Assembly (NCBI RefSeq): GCF_004010195.1
Contig: NC_057757.1
Location: 5,286,103 to 5,337,781 of the forward strand
Reading direction: 5' to 3'
DNA: 51,679 bases
DNA from: Chiloscyllium plagiosum
Lineage: Eukaryota
Part shown: piece by piece, positions 24,673 to 37,289 of the stretch
How the letters are laid out: the number at the start of each line of letters is the position of its first letter
Numbering within the stretch: position 1 is the first letter of the stretch
Made by a program: the position numbers and the translations under genes
Notes under the pieces: model-generated
What the model was told of the DNA's origin: nothing
What the model saw: only the letters and a program-made list of their open reading frames with translations
Database searches by the model: none

Positions 24673-24900
24673 TGAAAGTAACTTCACAAAGGCCGGTAAC
24701 CCGTATCAAGTCACCCTTCATTTACATGTGCATACTACGTGACAGCTAACATAGAGCTGGCTCCTGGAGTGAGCAGAACCTCTGACACTCCTGTTTATAT
24801 CTGTCATCCAGGGCTCCTTGTTTGGACCAGGTTAACAGATCCAATCAAGGAACTCATATTCTATGAGAACCACCTGGCTGACCTCGTTCCAATCACTACA
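24673..24900 (-). mobile_element. Possible short solo LTR
   Basis: TG...CA ends (minus strand TGTAGTGATTGG...TTTCA) with CCAAT- and TATA-like motifs; no clean TSD. Confidence 0.4.
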
Positions 24901-25494
24901 GTGATGAGATCAGTTTGCGTACCTAGTCAGCATGGACAGGTTGGACCAAAGGGACTGTTTCCATGCCATATGACTCTATATCTTTATGAGAGACAGATAC
25001 TTGGTGACAACTTATTAAATGTTTCACAGGAACTGGCTTGCTTTTGGGCACAAATCAAAGGGTTAGCATGTAAGTGCCACATCTGCAGAAATATGTACAG
25101 TTTTGATCTCTGTGTGTTAAGAGCAAAATACTTAGAAAGAGTTCATTGAAGATTCATTAGATTGATTCTTAACATTTGGAGGGTTATGAAGGTAGATTGA
25201 GTAGTAGAGACCTTACTTAATTACTTAAGAGTCTGTTACTTAAGAATCTGTACCTAGGTACCTTTGTACCTAAGATGGTGCCGTAAGTAGCGATATATAA
25301 ACTTTTCACTGTACCCATTTGAGTACATGTAACAATAAAGTTAATTCTAATTCTAGACCTATCTTCCCTGGAGTTTAGAAAGTTGATTCTTTTAAAATAA
25401 TATAAGAATCTGTGATGGCTTTACAGGATAGACGCTGAGACATTGTATCCCCTGTCTGAAGAGTCTAGAGCTTAGAGCATCATCATGAGTAGAA

Positions 25495-25574
25495 AGTTAA
25501 AAATCACACAACACCAGGTTATAGTTGTGTGATTTTTAACTTTGTACACCCCAGTCCAACACCGGCATCTCCGA
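25495..25574. mobile_element. Short fold-back insertion of the same family with 13-bp duplication ATCATGAGTAGAA
   Basis: Hairpin AAAGTTAAAAATCACACAAC...GTTGTGTGATTTTTAACTTT; duplication at 25482-25494 and 25575-25587. Confidence 0.85.
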
Positions 25575-25589
25575 ATCATGAGTAGAATT

Positions 25590-26090
25590 ATAGAGTCATA
25601 GAGATTTACAGCACAGAAACATACCCTCATGGGATTCACAGTTATAGAGTCACTGTCATAGATATGTACAGCACAGAAACAAACCCTTAGGTCCAACTCG
25701 TCCATTCCAACCAGATTTCCAAAAGTAATCTCGTCCCATTTGCCAGCATTTGGCCCATATCCCTCCAAACTTTTCCTATTCATATACCCATCCAGATGCC
25801 TTTTAAATGTTGTCATTGTACCAGCCTCCACCACTTCCTCTGGCAGCTCATTCCATCCATGCACCACCCTTTGCGTGAAGAGTTGCCCCTTAGGTCTCTT
25901 TTATATCTTTCCCCTCTCACCCTAAACCTATGCCCTCCAGTTCTGGAATCCCCCAGCCCCAGGGAAAAGACCTTGTCGATTTACCCTATCCATTCCCCTC
26001 ATGATTTTATAAACCTCTATAAGGTCACCCCTCAGCCTCCGACATTCCAGAAAAACTGCCCCAGCCTATTCAGCCTCGCCGTGTAGCTCC
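25590..26090 (-). mobile_element. CR1 LINE 3' fragment with duplicated tail
   Basis: WNELPEEVVEAGTMTTFKRHLD; repeated tail at 25590-25680. Confidence 0.9.
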
Positions 26091-26809
26091 CATGGATGTT
26101 CAATCGCTGAGCATATTCAGAACTGAGATCGATGGATGTTTAAACAAATCAAGATATTTGGGATTCAGATATCAAAATAGGAGTCACAGTCATTTTATTG
26201 AAAGAGAAGAGCATATCGAGGCCATGAATACAAGATCATCAATAAGCAAGAGGGTATTCAGAAAAGAATGGTGGGAATGAAATCACTACTACAAGGGGTG
26301 ATTGAGGAAAATAGTATTGATGCATTTAAGAAGAAAGACCATAATTATAGGGAGAAGGGAATAGTGGTTACAATGGTAGATTTAGGGCTTGAGAAAAGAT
26401 GGAAGGATGCCTGAGTGGGAGAATACACAGGATTTGTTGGGTCATACGGCATGTTTCTATGCTATATGTTCTTTTGCTTTATTCTTAATGGGATGTAGGT
26501 GTCACTGGCATAGTCAACAGATCCCTAATTGCCTTTCAACTAAGTGGCTTGATATGCTGTTGCAGAGGACAATTAACATTGCTATGGATCTGGAGTCACA
26601 CATACGTTAGTGTGGTTAAAGTTGGTAAAGTGAATCAGGTGGGTTTTTACACCAATCAGTAACAATTTCATGATCATCATGGACTAACGTGATATTCTAG
26701 CTTTTATAATTCATGTTTGAATTCATGCTATCATAGTGTGATCAGGAACTGATGCATTTAGAGAATTAACCTGGGGGTCTGGACTATACTCATCCAGTGC
26801 CCTTTTTTT

Positions 26810-29220
26810 AATTCATTTGTGGGAGCATTGCTGGCTGGACAACATTTATTGCCATCCCATTGTGATTGACCCACAATACCCTTTGGGAGAGAATTGTAGG
26901 AATTTGACCCCGTGACAATGAAGGAATGGCGATATATTTCCAGGTCAGAACACAGAGTGTCCTGGAGAAGAATGTGCAGGTATGTTCTCATGTACCTTCT
27001 ATCCTTGTTCTTCTCGATGACAGTGGTCATGGGTTTGGACGTACTGTCTGAGGAACTTTGTTGAATTTTGGCAGTGCACCTTGTAAGTAGTACACACTGC
27101 TGCTACTGACCATTGATGGTGGACGAAGTGTATGTTTGTAGATGTCGTGCCAGTCAAGAAGGCTGCTTTGTCCTGGATGGGGTTGGAGTGTTGTTGGAGC
27201 TTCACCCATCCAAGCAAGTGGAGGGTATTCCATCCCCCTCATGACTTTACTTTGTAGATGATGGACAGACTTTGGGAGTCAAGAGGTGAAAAACTTGCCA
27301 CAGTATTCCTAGCCTCTAACCTGCTCTTGTAGCCACTGTGTTTATGGGGCAAATCTAGTTGAGTTTCTGGTCAATGGTAACCCAAGGATATTGATAGTGG
27401 GGTATTTCAGTGATGGTAACCAATGACTGGAGGTTATATTGTCTCTTATTAGAGATGATCATTCCCTGGCATTGTGAGCTTGAATGTTACTTGTCCCTTG
27501 TCACTGCAAGCCATGATATTGTCCAGGTCTTGCTTCAATATCTGAGGAATTGTGAATGGTGCTGAACATTGTGCAATCATCAGTGGACATCCCCACTCCT
27601 GACCTTATGTTGGACAGAAGTAAAAATTGATGGAGCAGCTGAAGATGGTTGAGCCTAGAACACTACCTTGAGGAATTCCTGCAAAAATGTCCTGGAGCTG
27701 AGATAACTGATTTCCAATAACCACAGCCATCTTCCTAGGTGTCAGGTAGAACTCCAATGTGAAGTGTTTGTCCTCTGATACTCATTGATTGCAGTTTTGC
27801 TATGAGTCCTTGATGCCACAGTCGGTTAAATAAGGCCTTTATGTCAGGGGCAGGTCTTCATATCAGAGGCTGTCATTCTCACCTCATCTCTGCAACTTCT
27901 AATGAGGTTAGAAGCTAAGTGGCTCTGGTGGAACCCAAACTGGACATCACTGAGCAGGTTATCGCTGAGCAGGTGCTGCTTGATAGCACTGTTGATGACA
28001 CCTTCCATCACCAAACTGATAATCAAGAGTTAACTGATGGGGTGCTAATTAGTCGGGTTAGATTTATCCTGCTTTTTGCGTACAGGACATAGCTAGGCGA
28101 TTTTCCAATATTTGTGGAACCTCCTCCTCCAGTGAGTTGTTTAATTAACCATCATTCATGACTGGTTGAAGCAGGACTACAGAGATTAAATCTGATCCTT
28201 TGGTTGTGAGATCGCTTTGCTCTTTCTATCACTAGCTGCTTTAGCTGTCTGGCAGGCAAGTAATCCTGTTTGGTAACTTCACCAAGTTGACACCTTATTT
28301 TTAAGTATTCCTGGTGCTGCTCCTGGTATGCCCTCCCACACTCTCCATTGAACCAAGGTTGATTCCTTGTCTTGATGATAATGGTTGAGTGGGGCATATA
28401 CCTGACCATGAGGGTGGAGTACAATTCTGTTGTTACTTATAGCTCACATCACCTCATGGATGCCTAAGCTTGTGCTGCTAGATCTGTTTGAAGTCTGTCC
28501 CATTTAGCATAGTGACAGTGCCACATGACACGATGGAGGGTATTCTCAATGTGAAGGTGAGAATTTGTCCTGGATAGATGCATCTGCAGCCAGCAGATTG
28601 GTAAGGATGAGGTCAAGTATGTTTTTCTGTTTTGCTGGTTCCCTCACTATCTGTTGTAGACCCAGTGTAGCAGCTATGTCCTTCAGAAGCTGACCAGCGA
28701 TCAGTAGAGCTGCTGCCAAGCCACTCATGGTGGTTGGCATTGAAATCCTCCACCCAGAGCACATTTTATGCTCTTGCCACCCTCAGTGCTTCCTCCGAGT
28801 GTTGCTCAATGTGAAAGAGTATTGATTCATCTGCGAAAGGATGGGATGTATGTGGTAATCAGCAAGTTTCTTTGCCCTGAAGTCATGAAACTTCATGGGG
28901 TGCAAAGTCAGTGTTGAGGACGACCAACTGTATACCACTGTGCTGCCACCTCTGCTAGGTCTGTCCTGCCAATGGGACAGGATTTTACAGGGTGGTGACG
29001 ATGGTGTCTGGGACATTGTCTGTAAGGTATACTTTCGTGACTATGACTATGTCTGGCTGTTGCTTGACTAGTCTGTGGGACAGCACTCCCAATTTTGGCA
29101 CTAGCTCCCAGATGTTAGTACAGAGGACTTTGCAGTGTGGACGGGGTTGATTCTGCCATTGTCTTTTCAGTGGCTAGGTCAATGCCAGATGGTCGGTCCA
29201 GTTTCATTGCTTAGTTGAGA
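26810..29220 (-). mobile_element. Long, old CR1-clade LINE remnant including the AP-endonuclease region
   Basis: Decayed motifs QIVREP..KNILDLILTN, NQPWFNGEC, HLLSDNLLSDVQFGF. A related fragment lies at about 15840-16700. Confidence 0.8.
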
Positions 29221-30776
29221 CTTTGCAGTAGTTGATATAACCAAGTGGCTTGCTGGACCATTTCAAAGGGCAGTTGAGAGTCAATCTCATTACTATGGGT
29301 CTGGAGTCACGTGGAGGCCTGACCAGGTTAGGATGACAGATTTCCTTTCCTGAAGGACATTAGTGAGCCAGATCGGTTTTTTTCAACAAACGACAGTGGT
29401 TTCACAGTCATCAGTAAATTCTTAATTACAGATATATTTTAATTGAATTCAAATTTGACCATCTGCCATGGAGGGACCCTGGGTCCCCAGGACATTAGCT
29501 GAGGTGTCTGGATTAATGGGTTAGCGATGATATCACTAGGCCATCCCCTCCCTGTTTATCTATTACCACTACCCCAGCACCTTTGCCCCCACATCCTACC
29601 TACATTACAATGGCAGCAGCGGAGTAGAGGTGTCCAAGCCATGATCTTGTCCATTCTGTCTGCTTTTCCTTTTTCCTTATTCTTTACTTGTTTTTTTTCC
29701 TCTTTTTAAAGTTTTTTTTACACACCTTCTGGAGGGAGCTTGGTCCTGGAGGCAGCAGCATAGCGTTGCAGCAGCTGGAGCCCTGTGTGAGCCCAGATGC
29801 TGGTCAGTGGCAGTGCGGCAGTCAGCAGCAAAGCAGCTGGCAAGCCCGAGTGGAACCAGCATGGATGAAAGCGTGCCCAAAGTGGGTGAAAGAATGCCCT
29901 GCACAGGTGAAAGTGTGCCCAGCATCTCAGATGCTACCTGACCTGCTATGCTTTTCCAGCATCACACTTTTTGACTCTGACTCTCCAGCACGTGCAGTTC
30001 TCACCTCCAACTATTCGGTGAAAGAGGGGTCAACGTGGGGGAGAGCGAGCCCTTGTGGGGAAAGCCCAGCATGGAGTGCCTGCAGGCCCGTGGCCTAGGA
30101 ACAGGCAGTAATGTTAAACTTTTAACTTTATTTCTTTATTTTTGTACTTTATACTACAAAAAACTGTGTTAATGAACCTTCCAACTTATTTGTTTATTCT
30201 TTTCTATTTCTGCACCTAGATACCTTTGTACCTAAGATGGCGCCCAGAACGGCGACATTGCACATGTGACAATAAAACCTAATTCTAAATCTACTTAATC
30301 CCAGGGATAGCGGGTCAGTTCATGATCAAGAACCAAGTGGCATCCTCCTGCTACATTTATTTCCAGATTTTGTAGTTTTTTTTTTAACCTAACGAGCTTT
30401 CTGTGCTTTAATCATTTAGTTTGCATTGGGTATACTAGGGTGCCAAAAACTACGGTTAATGGCTCTTGGTAAGTGGCAGTATGTGCCAACTGGCACACCT
30501 CCACAGATGGTATCCAGCTTACTAGCAGGGAGTGGTTATTTTGTTAATATTTTAATTTTGTTATTATTGTATTATTTAATACTGTTCGTGAGTTTGTGTC
30601 CCTTTATGTATAAATAAAGTTGGTGGTGGGGGAGAAATGGACGTTTTAGGCCTCCCACCGCAGGGGGCGCAGTCCTATCCTCGGCTGGAACCCGAAACAA
30701 AGGCTTAGTAACCCGTTTATAAAATCTTCAACACAATCACCAAAGGAAATCATAGCAGCAGGAAAAGAGGCCTTAC

Positions 30777-30870
30777 CTCCTCCTCCTCCCTGGACCCGCA
30801 AAGCAAATACAGGCGAGCGGTGTGCCTTCGGATTCCGTCTTGTACCTCCCGCACAAAGATGGCGCTGAGG
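30777..30870 (-). ncRNA. Candidate non-coding first exon of a divergent transcript (5' boundary approximate)
   Basis: The minus strand reads GCGCCATCTTTG...GAGGAGGAG|GTAAGG, a strong donor at the island edge with no ATG in the segment. Confidence 0.5.
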
Positions 30871-31103
30871 GGCGCCCAACGGTCGGAGGGGAAAATGGCC
30901 GGCCTCCAGCGTCGCCCGTCGCCCCTAACAAAGATGGAGCCCCGTACCCAGCGGAAACGGAGCGGTGATCGGCGCCCGCCTGCCCCTAACAAAGATGGCG
31001 CAGCGGGTCACGTCCGTTAGTGGTGGAACCGGTTTACTTCTGACCCTTGACCTGGGGTTGTTTGAGAAGAGAAGCGGAGCCTTTAGTCGCCTGGATGAAG
31101 AAG

Positions 31104-31106
31104 ATG
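31104..31106 (+). CDS. Unidentified gene X, exon 1 coding part (ATG only; an in-frame weaker ATG at 31095 would add MKK)
   Basis: aagATG|gtgagt is a consensus donor directly after the ATG, inside the CpG island. Splicing to 34556 gives strong Kozak context AAGATGG. Confidence 0.75.
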
Positions 31107-31584
31107 GTGAGTGAGCGAGAGATGGTACATGCTCAGGTTGTGGTTCTGTTACCACCGCCTCGGGTAGTTTCTCTTTAAAAGACTGATAGCCGCGCACTTT
31201 GCGCCAATTGGCGATGTGACCGAGCTTCCTGATGTGCCACAAAAGGGACGTTGAGAGAGGTTTGCATTGAGATAGCACCATTCATATCCCTGCATTCTCA
31301 CTTTGAAGAGGTGATAAAGTTGATTGATGGGGGAAGGGCTGGAGATGTCACATGCATGGACTTCAGGAAGGCTCCCCATGGTAGGCTAATGGAGAAAGTG
31401 AAGTTGCATGGGGTCCAGGGTGTAGTAACTAGATGGATAGAAAACTGGCTTGGCAAAGGAGACAGAGAGTAGTAGTGGAAGGGAGTTTCTTGAAATATAG
31501 AACTGTGACCAGTGGTGTTCCACAGGGATCCGTGCTGGGACCACTTGTTCGTAATCTGGAGGCAGCTGGCCTGATTAGCAAATT

Positions 31585-31915
31585 TAGATTAGATTAGATT
31601 ACTTAGTGTGGAAACAGGCCCTTCGGCTCAACAAGTCCACACCGACCCGCCGAAGCGCAGCCCACCCAGACCCACTCCCCTACATTTATCCCTTCACCTA
31701 ACACTATAGGACAATTTAATATGGCCAATTCACCTGACCTGCACATCTTTGGACTGTGGGAGGAAACCGGAGCACCTAGAGGAAACCCACACAGACACTG
31801 GGAGAATGTGCAAACTCCACACAGTTGGTTGCCTGAGGTGGGAATTGAATCCGGGTCTCTGACGCTGTGAGGCAGCAGTGCTAACCACTGTGCTGCCCAT
31901 CTGTGCCACCATGCC
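31585..31915 (-). mobile_element. HE1-type SINE
   Basis: Full head, body and (TAGAT)n tail. Confidence 0.92.
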
Positions 31916-32221
31916 ACCCAGCTGACACGAAGATTGATTAGGTAAAAACAAGGACTGCAGATGCAGGAAACCAGAGTCTAGATTAGAGTGGTAAACCGGA
32001 GCACCTAGAGGAAACCCACACAGACACTGGGAGAATGTGCAAACTCCACACAGTTGGTTGCCTGAGGTGGGAATTGAATCCGGGTCTCTGACGCTGTGAG
32101 GCAGCAGTGCTAACCACTGTGCTGCCCATCTGTGCCACCATGCCACCCAGCTGACACGAAGATTGATTAGGTAAAAACAAGGACTGCAGATACAGGAAAC
32201 CAGAGTCTAGATTAGAGTGGT
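31764..32221. repeat. 229-bp tandem duplication (31764-31992 / 31993-32221)
   Basis: The copies differ at one base (cagatgcagg vs cagatacagg); the unit is a SINE 5' half plus a Penelope terminus. Confidence 0.9.
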
Positions 32222-32388
32222 GCTGGAAAAGCACAGCAGGTCAGGCAGCATCTGAGGAGCAGGAAAATCGATGTTTCGGGCAAAAGCCCTTCATCAGGAA
32301 TAGAGATCTTGCCCGAAACATTGATTTTCCTGCTCCTCAGATGCTGCCTGACCTGCTGTGCTTTTCCAGCACCACTCTAATCTAGACT
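32204..32388. repeat. Penelope-terminus fold-back: 80-bp inverted arms (32204-32283 / 32309-32388), one mismatch
   Basis: Arms compared directly; the left arm plus spacer holds a minus-strand hammerhead-like core. Confidence 0.9.
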
Positions 32389-33699
32389 AAGATTGATTGA
32401 TTTGATTTGATTAGATTAGATTAGATTCTCTACAGTGTGGAAACAGGCCCTTCGGCCCAACAAGTCCATACTGACCCTCCGAAGAGTAACCAACCCAGAC
32501 CCAATTCCCTCTGACTAACGCACCTAACACTTTGGGCAATTTAGCACAGCCAATTCACCTGACCTGCACATCTTTGGTGGAATAGCAGATAGTGAAGGGG
32601 ACTGTCAGAGTATGCAGCAGAATATAGATAGATAGATTGGAGAGTTGGGCGGAGAAATGGCAGATGGAGTTCAAACAAGGCAAATGTGAGGTGATGCATT
32701 TTGGAAGATCCAATTCTAGAACGAACTATGTTAAATGGAAAGAGTATTAGAAAGACGGAGGTTGAGGGGGGACCTGATTGAGGTCCAGAAAATCATGAGA
32801 GGTATAGATAGGGTGGATAGCAAGAAGCTTTCTCCCAGAGTAGGGGACTCAATTACTAGGGGTCATGAGTTCAAGGTGAGAGGGGAAAGGTTTAAGGGAA
32901 ATATGCATGGAAAGTTCTTTATGCAGAGGGTGGTGGTTAGGGAATGCAATGCCAACGGAGGTGGACATGATAGTTCATTTAAGATGTATCAAGACAGAAA
33001 CATGAATGGGCAGGGAGCAGAGGGATAAAGATCCTTGGAAAATAGGCGATAGGTTTAGGCAGAGGATCTGGATCGGTGCAGGCTTGGAGGGCAGAAGGGC
33101 TGTTCATGTGCTGTAATGTTCTTTGTTCTGTTCTGGAGTACTGCGTGTAGTCTGGTCACCCTGCTGTAGGAAGGGTATTATTAAAACTGGAGGGGGTTCA
33201 GAAAAGATTTACCAGGGTGCTGCCCGGAGTTTGAGATATAAAAATACACTGGAAAGGTTGGGACCTTTTTTTCACTCGTGCGTCGGAGGTTGCTGGGGTG
33301 ACCTATTTGATGTTTATAAAAATCATGAAAGGTACAGATAAGGGCAAGGGACTTTTCCTGAGAGTGGGGGAGTTCAAAACAAGGGATTTATTTTTAAGGT
33401 GCAAGGTGAAAGATTTGAAAAGGATACAAGGGACAACGTTTTTAACTGTGTGTGGAGTGAACTGTCAAAGGAGGTGAGGGATGCAGGTACAGTGAAAACA
33501 CTTAATAGACACGGTTTGTGTAAAGATTTGTAGCTTGGGTGCCAGTTGTGGGTATGTTCGCCGAGCTGGGATGTTGATTTGCAGATGTTTCATCCCTTGG
33601 TCTAGGTGACCTTTTCAGTGCTCTGGAGTCTCCTGTGAAGCGCTGCTCTACTGTGTCTTCTGGAATTTATTTAGTTCCATTTCTGCTGCTTTCGGTTGG

Positions 33700-34165
33700 G
33701 TAGAAAGGGAGTGGTGGTGGAGGAGGCCCAGGACCTGCATGTCCTCAGCAAAATGGGAGGGGGAAAGCCTGTGCCCACAACTCTCCCCCCGCCCCAGCCC
33801 CCCACCTCTGTCCAAGGCCTCAAAGGAGCCTCACATCCATAAAAGTTTCACCTGCCATGTCATTTACTGTATCCGTTGCTCCCGATGCAGTCTCCTCTAC
33901 ATTGGGGATTCAGGACGCCTACTCACAGATGGCTTCAGAGAACATCTCTGGGATACCCACACCAACCAACTTCACTGCCCCGTGGTCGAACACTTCAACT
34001 CCCCCTCCCATACTGCCAAGGACATGCAGGTCCTGGGCCTCCTCCATTGCCACTCCCTTTCCACCCAAAGCCTGGATGAAGAATGCCTCATCTTCTGCCT
34101 CGGAACACTCCCCCCACCTTATCCCAGTTCCAACCTTCCAGCTCAGCACCGTCCTCATGACCTGT
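33700..34165 (+). mobile_element. Penelope-like GIY-YIG endonuclease fragment
   Basis: FTCHVIYCIRCSRCSLLYIGDSGR...FREH...EHFN: VIY/YIG motifs with CxxC. Confidence 0.85.
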
Positions 34166-34166
34166 C

Positions 34167-34393
34167 ACATTCTCCCCATGTCTGCGTGGGTTTCCTCCGG
34201 GTGCTCCGGTTTCTTCCCACAGTCCAAAGATGTGCAGGTCAGGTGAACTGGCCGTGCTAAATTGCCCGTAGTGTTCGATACATTCGTCAGGGGTAAATGT
34301 CAGGGAATACGTCTGGGCAGGTTGCTCTTTGGAGGGTCGGTGTAAACTTGTCGGGCCGAAGGGCCTGCTTCCATACCGTAGGACATCTAATCT
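34167..34393 (+). mobile_element. HE1-type SINE 3' part
   Basis: Body and tail motifs. Confidence 0.88.
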
Positions 34394-34555
34394 AAAATAT
34401 GCTATCTAAATATGGGTTGTTGTTAGGGAAGCCAATCTCGAGTGCATTACCTCCTTTAGCCAGGAGAGAGATTGGATTCTAAGCCACCGTTTTGAGTTTC
34501 ACCTCTTCAGGTGCTTTGCTTGATTTGACACTAAATTCCGTGAATTTCCGTGCAG

Positions 34556-34657
34556 GCCAGCAGAAGGAAGACGTTGCGGAGCAGGGTTTCTCTGAGCTCA
34601 TCGGAACAGGAGGCACAGCTGGACAAAGAGCCAAAAACTCAGCCAAAGTCACAGCAG
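34556..34657 (+). CDS. Gene X exon 2 (ASRRKTLRSRVSLSSSEQEAQLDKEPKTQPKSQQ), phase 0-0
   Basis: tttccgtgcag| ... CAG|gtaaat; 102 nt, open, in unique sequence. Confidence 0.75.
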
Positions 34658-35139
34658 GTAAATTTGAGGCCCACTCTGGCTATACCCTCTGCTACGCTGC
34701 ATGGCGTTGCGCAGCTTTGTACTGGTTCCTGATGGTTCAGCTGTATGGTGAGTCTGGAAACGGCTTGTTGGTTTTTAGACTGAATCATGGCCCTTTAAAC
34801 TGCACACTCAGTCTGCCTGTTGCAGACAGGCTGAGAGTGACCTGGTGTTTGGTCAGTGAGCAATCCAAGAATGAGATTTACAAAAGTGGTTCACTGAGGG
34901 ATCAGAGATAGGTGGATGGACCAGAGAAGCTGTTAATATTTCCTTTAAAGCAGAGGAGACTAAGAACCGATTTGTTATAGATCTTTAAAATCTTCAAGGG
35001 TTTGACAGAGTAAGTAAAGAGAAACTATTACGTGAAGGATTAATGACAAGAAATTGTAGTCACTTGATCACAGAATTATTACATTGCAGAAGGAGACCAT
35101 TGTACTAGCATGGGTGTATTCTTCTCTACCACAAACTTG

Positions 35140-35590
35140 GGGTATGTTTTCCTGAGCATCTCAGCCGGGCCCGCAGGGGCCAACCTGACCTCCCAATCAC
35201 TGCCCATTTCAACTCCCCGTCTCATTCCCTCTCTGACATGACCATCCTTAGCCTCCTCCATTGCCACAGCGAATCAGACCTTAATTTCGAGGAACAACAC
35301 TTCATCTTCCGCCTGGGCAGCCTAAGCCTAGAACACTCAACATTGAGTTCTCCAACTTCAAATCACCTCCCTTCCCGTTCCCCGGCTCCCATTCCACCCC
35401 ACCATGCCGCCTCCCTTCCATTCCTCTGACCGACCCTTCCTTGCAGCTACCAACCAGAACCCCCCTCCCAACCTTTATCTGTAGCTCCCCTACATGCAGC
35501 CCTCTTTCTGAAGATGGATTACACCCAAAACATTGACTCCTCCACCTCCTGATGCTGCCTGGCTCTTCCGGCCTCCTGCCTGTCTAACGT
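35140..35590 (+). mobile_element. Penelope-like element 3' fragment
   Basis: TILSLLHCHSE..EEQHFIFRLGSL parallels the end of the GIY-YIG fragment at 33700-34165; a decayed pLTR follows. Confidence 0.7.
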
Positions 35591-35639
35591 GAGTGAACTG
35601 GCTCTCAATGAGCATCATCATTTGGCCTTCCCCATAACC

Positions 35640-36080
35640 TTCAACATTGTTACTTAATTTTAAGACTCTTATTATTTTTTACAGATCCACCATAGAAAGC
35701 ATTCTATCCGGATGCAATTGCTCTGCCCAGGACCATAAGAAACTGCAGAGAGTTGTGAACACAGTCCAGTCCATCACAAAAGCCAACCTTCCATCTATTG
35801 GCTTCCATCTGTTGCCTCAGATAGGCAGCCAATGTCATCAAAGACCCCTCCCACCCTGATTATAATTCCTTCCAACCTCTTCATTGAGCAGAAGATATAA
35901 AAGCTCAAACACTCATATCAACGGATTCAAGAACAGCTACTTTCCCACTGTTATTAGACTTCTGAATGGACCTCTCAAATTTTAAATTTAATGTTGATCT
36001 CACTCTTTGTACACCTTCTCTACAGCCATAACATTGTATTCTTCGCTCTGTTATCCTAATACCTTGCCCTTGATCCATTT
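35640..36080 (+). mobile_element. Rex1/Babar-type LINE 3' fragment
   Basis: FYRSTIESILSGC...CSAQDHKKLQRVVNT..SIT resembles the Rex1 RT C-terminus. Confidence 0.75.
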
Positions 36081-36535
36081 GTGAGCAGGAACAGTTTCTC
36101 TTGATCAACAATGTCCAGACCTCTCATGATTTTGAAAGCTTCAGTCAGATTTCCTCTCGGCCTTCTCTCCAAGGAAAGGAGCCCCAACTGAGGTTTCTCA
36201 GCTCTGGCACTATTCTCAGCTCTTCTGCACTGCCCCAGGTGATTGGAGAAAGAAGCAGAATGAAAACTTCTTTGCTAATCAGTTGGACAGGATTTGCAAT
36301 GCACTGTCTGATAGGGCAATGGATGCAGTTTCTATAGTAACTTTCTAAAGGGAATTTGATAAATACTCGAAAGAGGAAGGATATTGGAGAAAGTTAGGTT
36401 AGGATTCCAAAAGAGCTAACCCAGACTCCTTGGGCTGAATAGCCTCCTTTTGAGCTGTTCTGTTCAATTGTGTTTTTTTTATCATGCTGTGTATTATTCT
36501 CCTGTTTTAATCCAAGCTCCATCTCACTTTCATAG

Positions 36536-36836
36536 ATTCATAGAATCCCTACAGTGTGGCACTAGACAATTCAGCCCACTGAGTCCACACTGACCCTCTG
36601 AAGAGCATCACACTCAGACCCAATACCTACCCTGTCCCTGAAACCCTGCATTTCCCATGGCCAATCCATCTAACCTGCACATCTTTGGTCTGTGGGAGGA
36701 AACTGGAGCAACCAGAGGAAACCCACGCCGACACGGGAAGAATGTGTAAACGCCACATGGACAGTCACCTAAGACCAGGATCAATCCCAGGTCCCTGGCA
36801 CTGAGGCAGCAGTGCTTACCACTGAGCCACTGTGCC
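36536..36836 (-). mobile_element. HE1-type SINE
   Basis: Head, body and tail motifs. Confidence 0.9.
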
Positions 36837-37289
36837 TGCCTTTCGATGAATGATTTCAGTCCTCCTCCTCCTCCTCCTCCTCCTCAACTCTAGAGAATAA
36901 AAAAATGGTCTATTTAATCTTTCCTCTGACTTCAAGCCCTCCATCCCAGGAATTAGGTGAACCTTTGGTGCACTCCCTCAATGGCAAGTATGTTCTTCCT
37001 TGGGTATGGAGACTGACATACAATACCCTAGGTACAGTGTCACCAAGCCTCTGTCTAATTGCAGTTAGACATCTCACCCTCTTATATCTAAGGCACATAT
37101 AGACCAGATCAGGTAAGGGTAGCAGATTTCCTTCCCTGATGATCACCATCACCGAGGCTAGCTTGTTTATTCTGCATTTATTCAATGGACTGAGTTTAGA
37201 GCCTCACAGTGTTTTTTTTATTCATTCATGGGATGAGGGTGTCACTGGCTGAGCCATCATTTATTGCCTATCCCTTATTGCCCGTCCCG

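Larger units (their letters stand above)
30640..31250. promoter_or_regulatory. CpG-island promoter, probably bidirectional, with several YY1-type AAGATGG(CG) motifs
   Basis: The most CpG-dense stretch in the window. AAAGATGGCG near 30855 and 30991; 17-bp direct repeat GCCCCTAACAAAGATGG at 30921-30937 and 30982-30998; outward-facing splice donors on both strands (31107 on +, 30776 on -); DR1-like TGACCC-T-TGACCT at 31041-31053; CGCCAATTGGCG palindrome near 31202. Confidence 0.85.
31285..33510 (+). mobile_element. CR1 RT fragments interrupted by a SINE/Penelope cluster (31560-32575)
   Basis: HFEEVIKLID...MDFRKA, GVPQGSVLGP before the cluster; LERRRLRGDLIEV after it. Confidence 0.85.

Noticed and set aside
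29688..30290. 136-aa ORF and an AAGATGGCG motif near 30235
   Set aside because: Part of an interspersed repeat (the same tacctttgtacctaagatgg tail occurs near 25260) with a Penelope end inserted; not a host gene or promoter.
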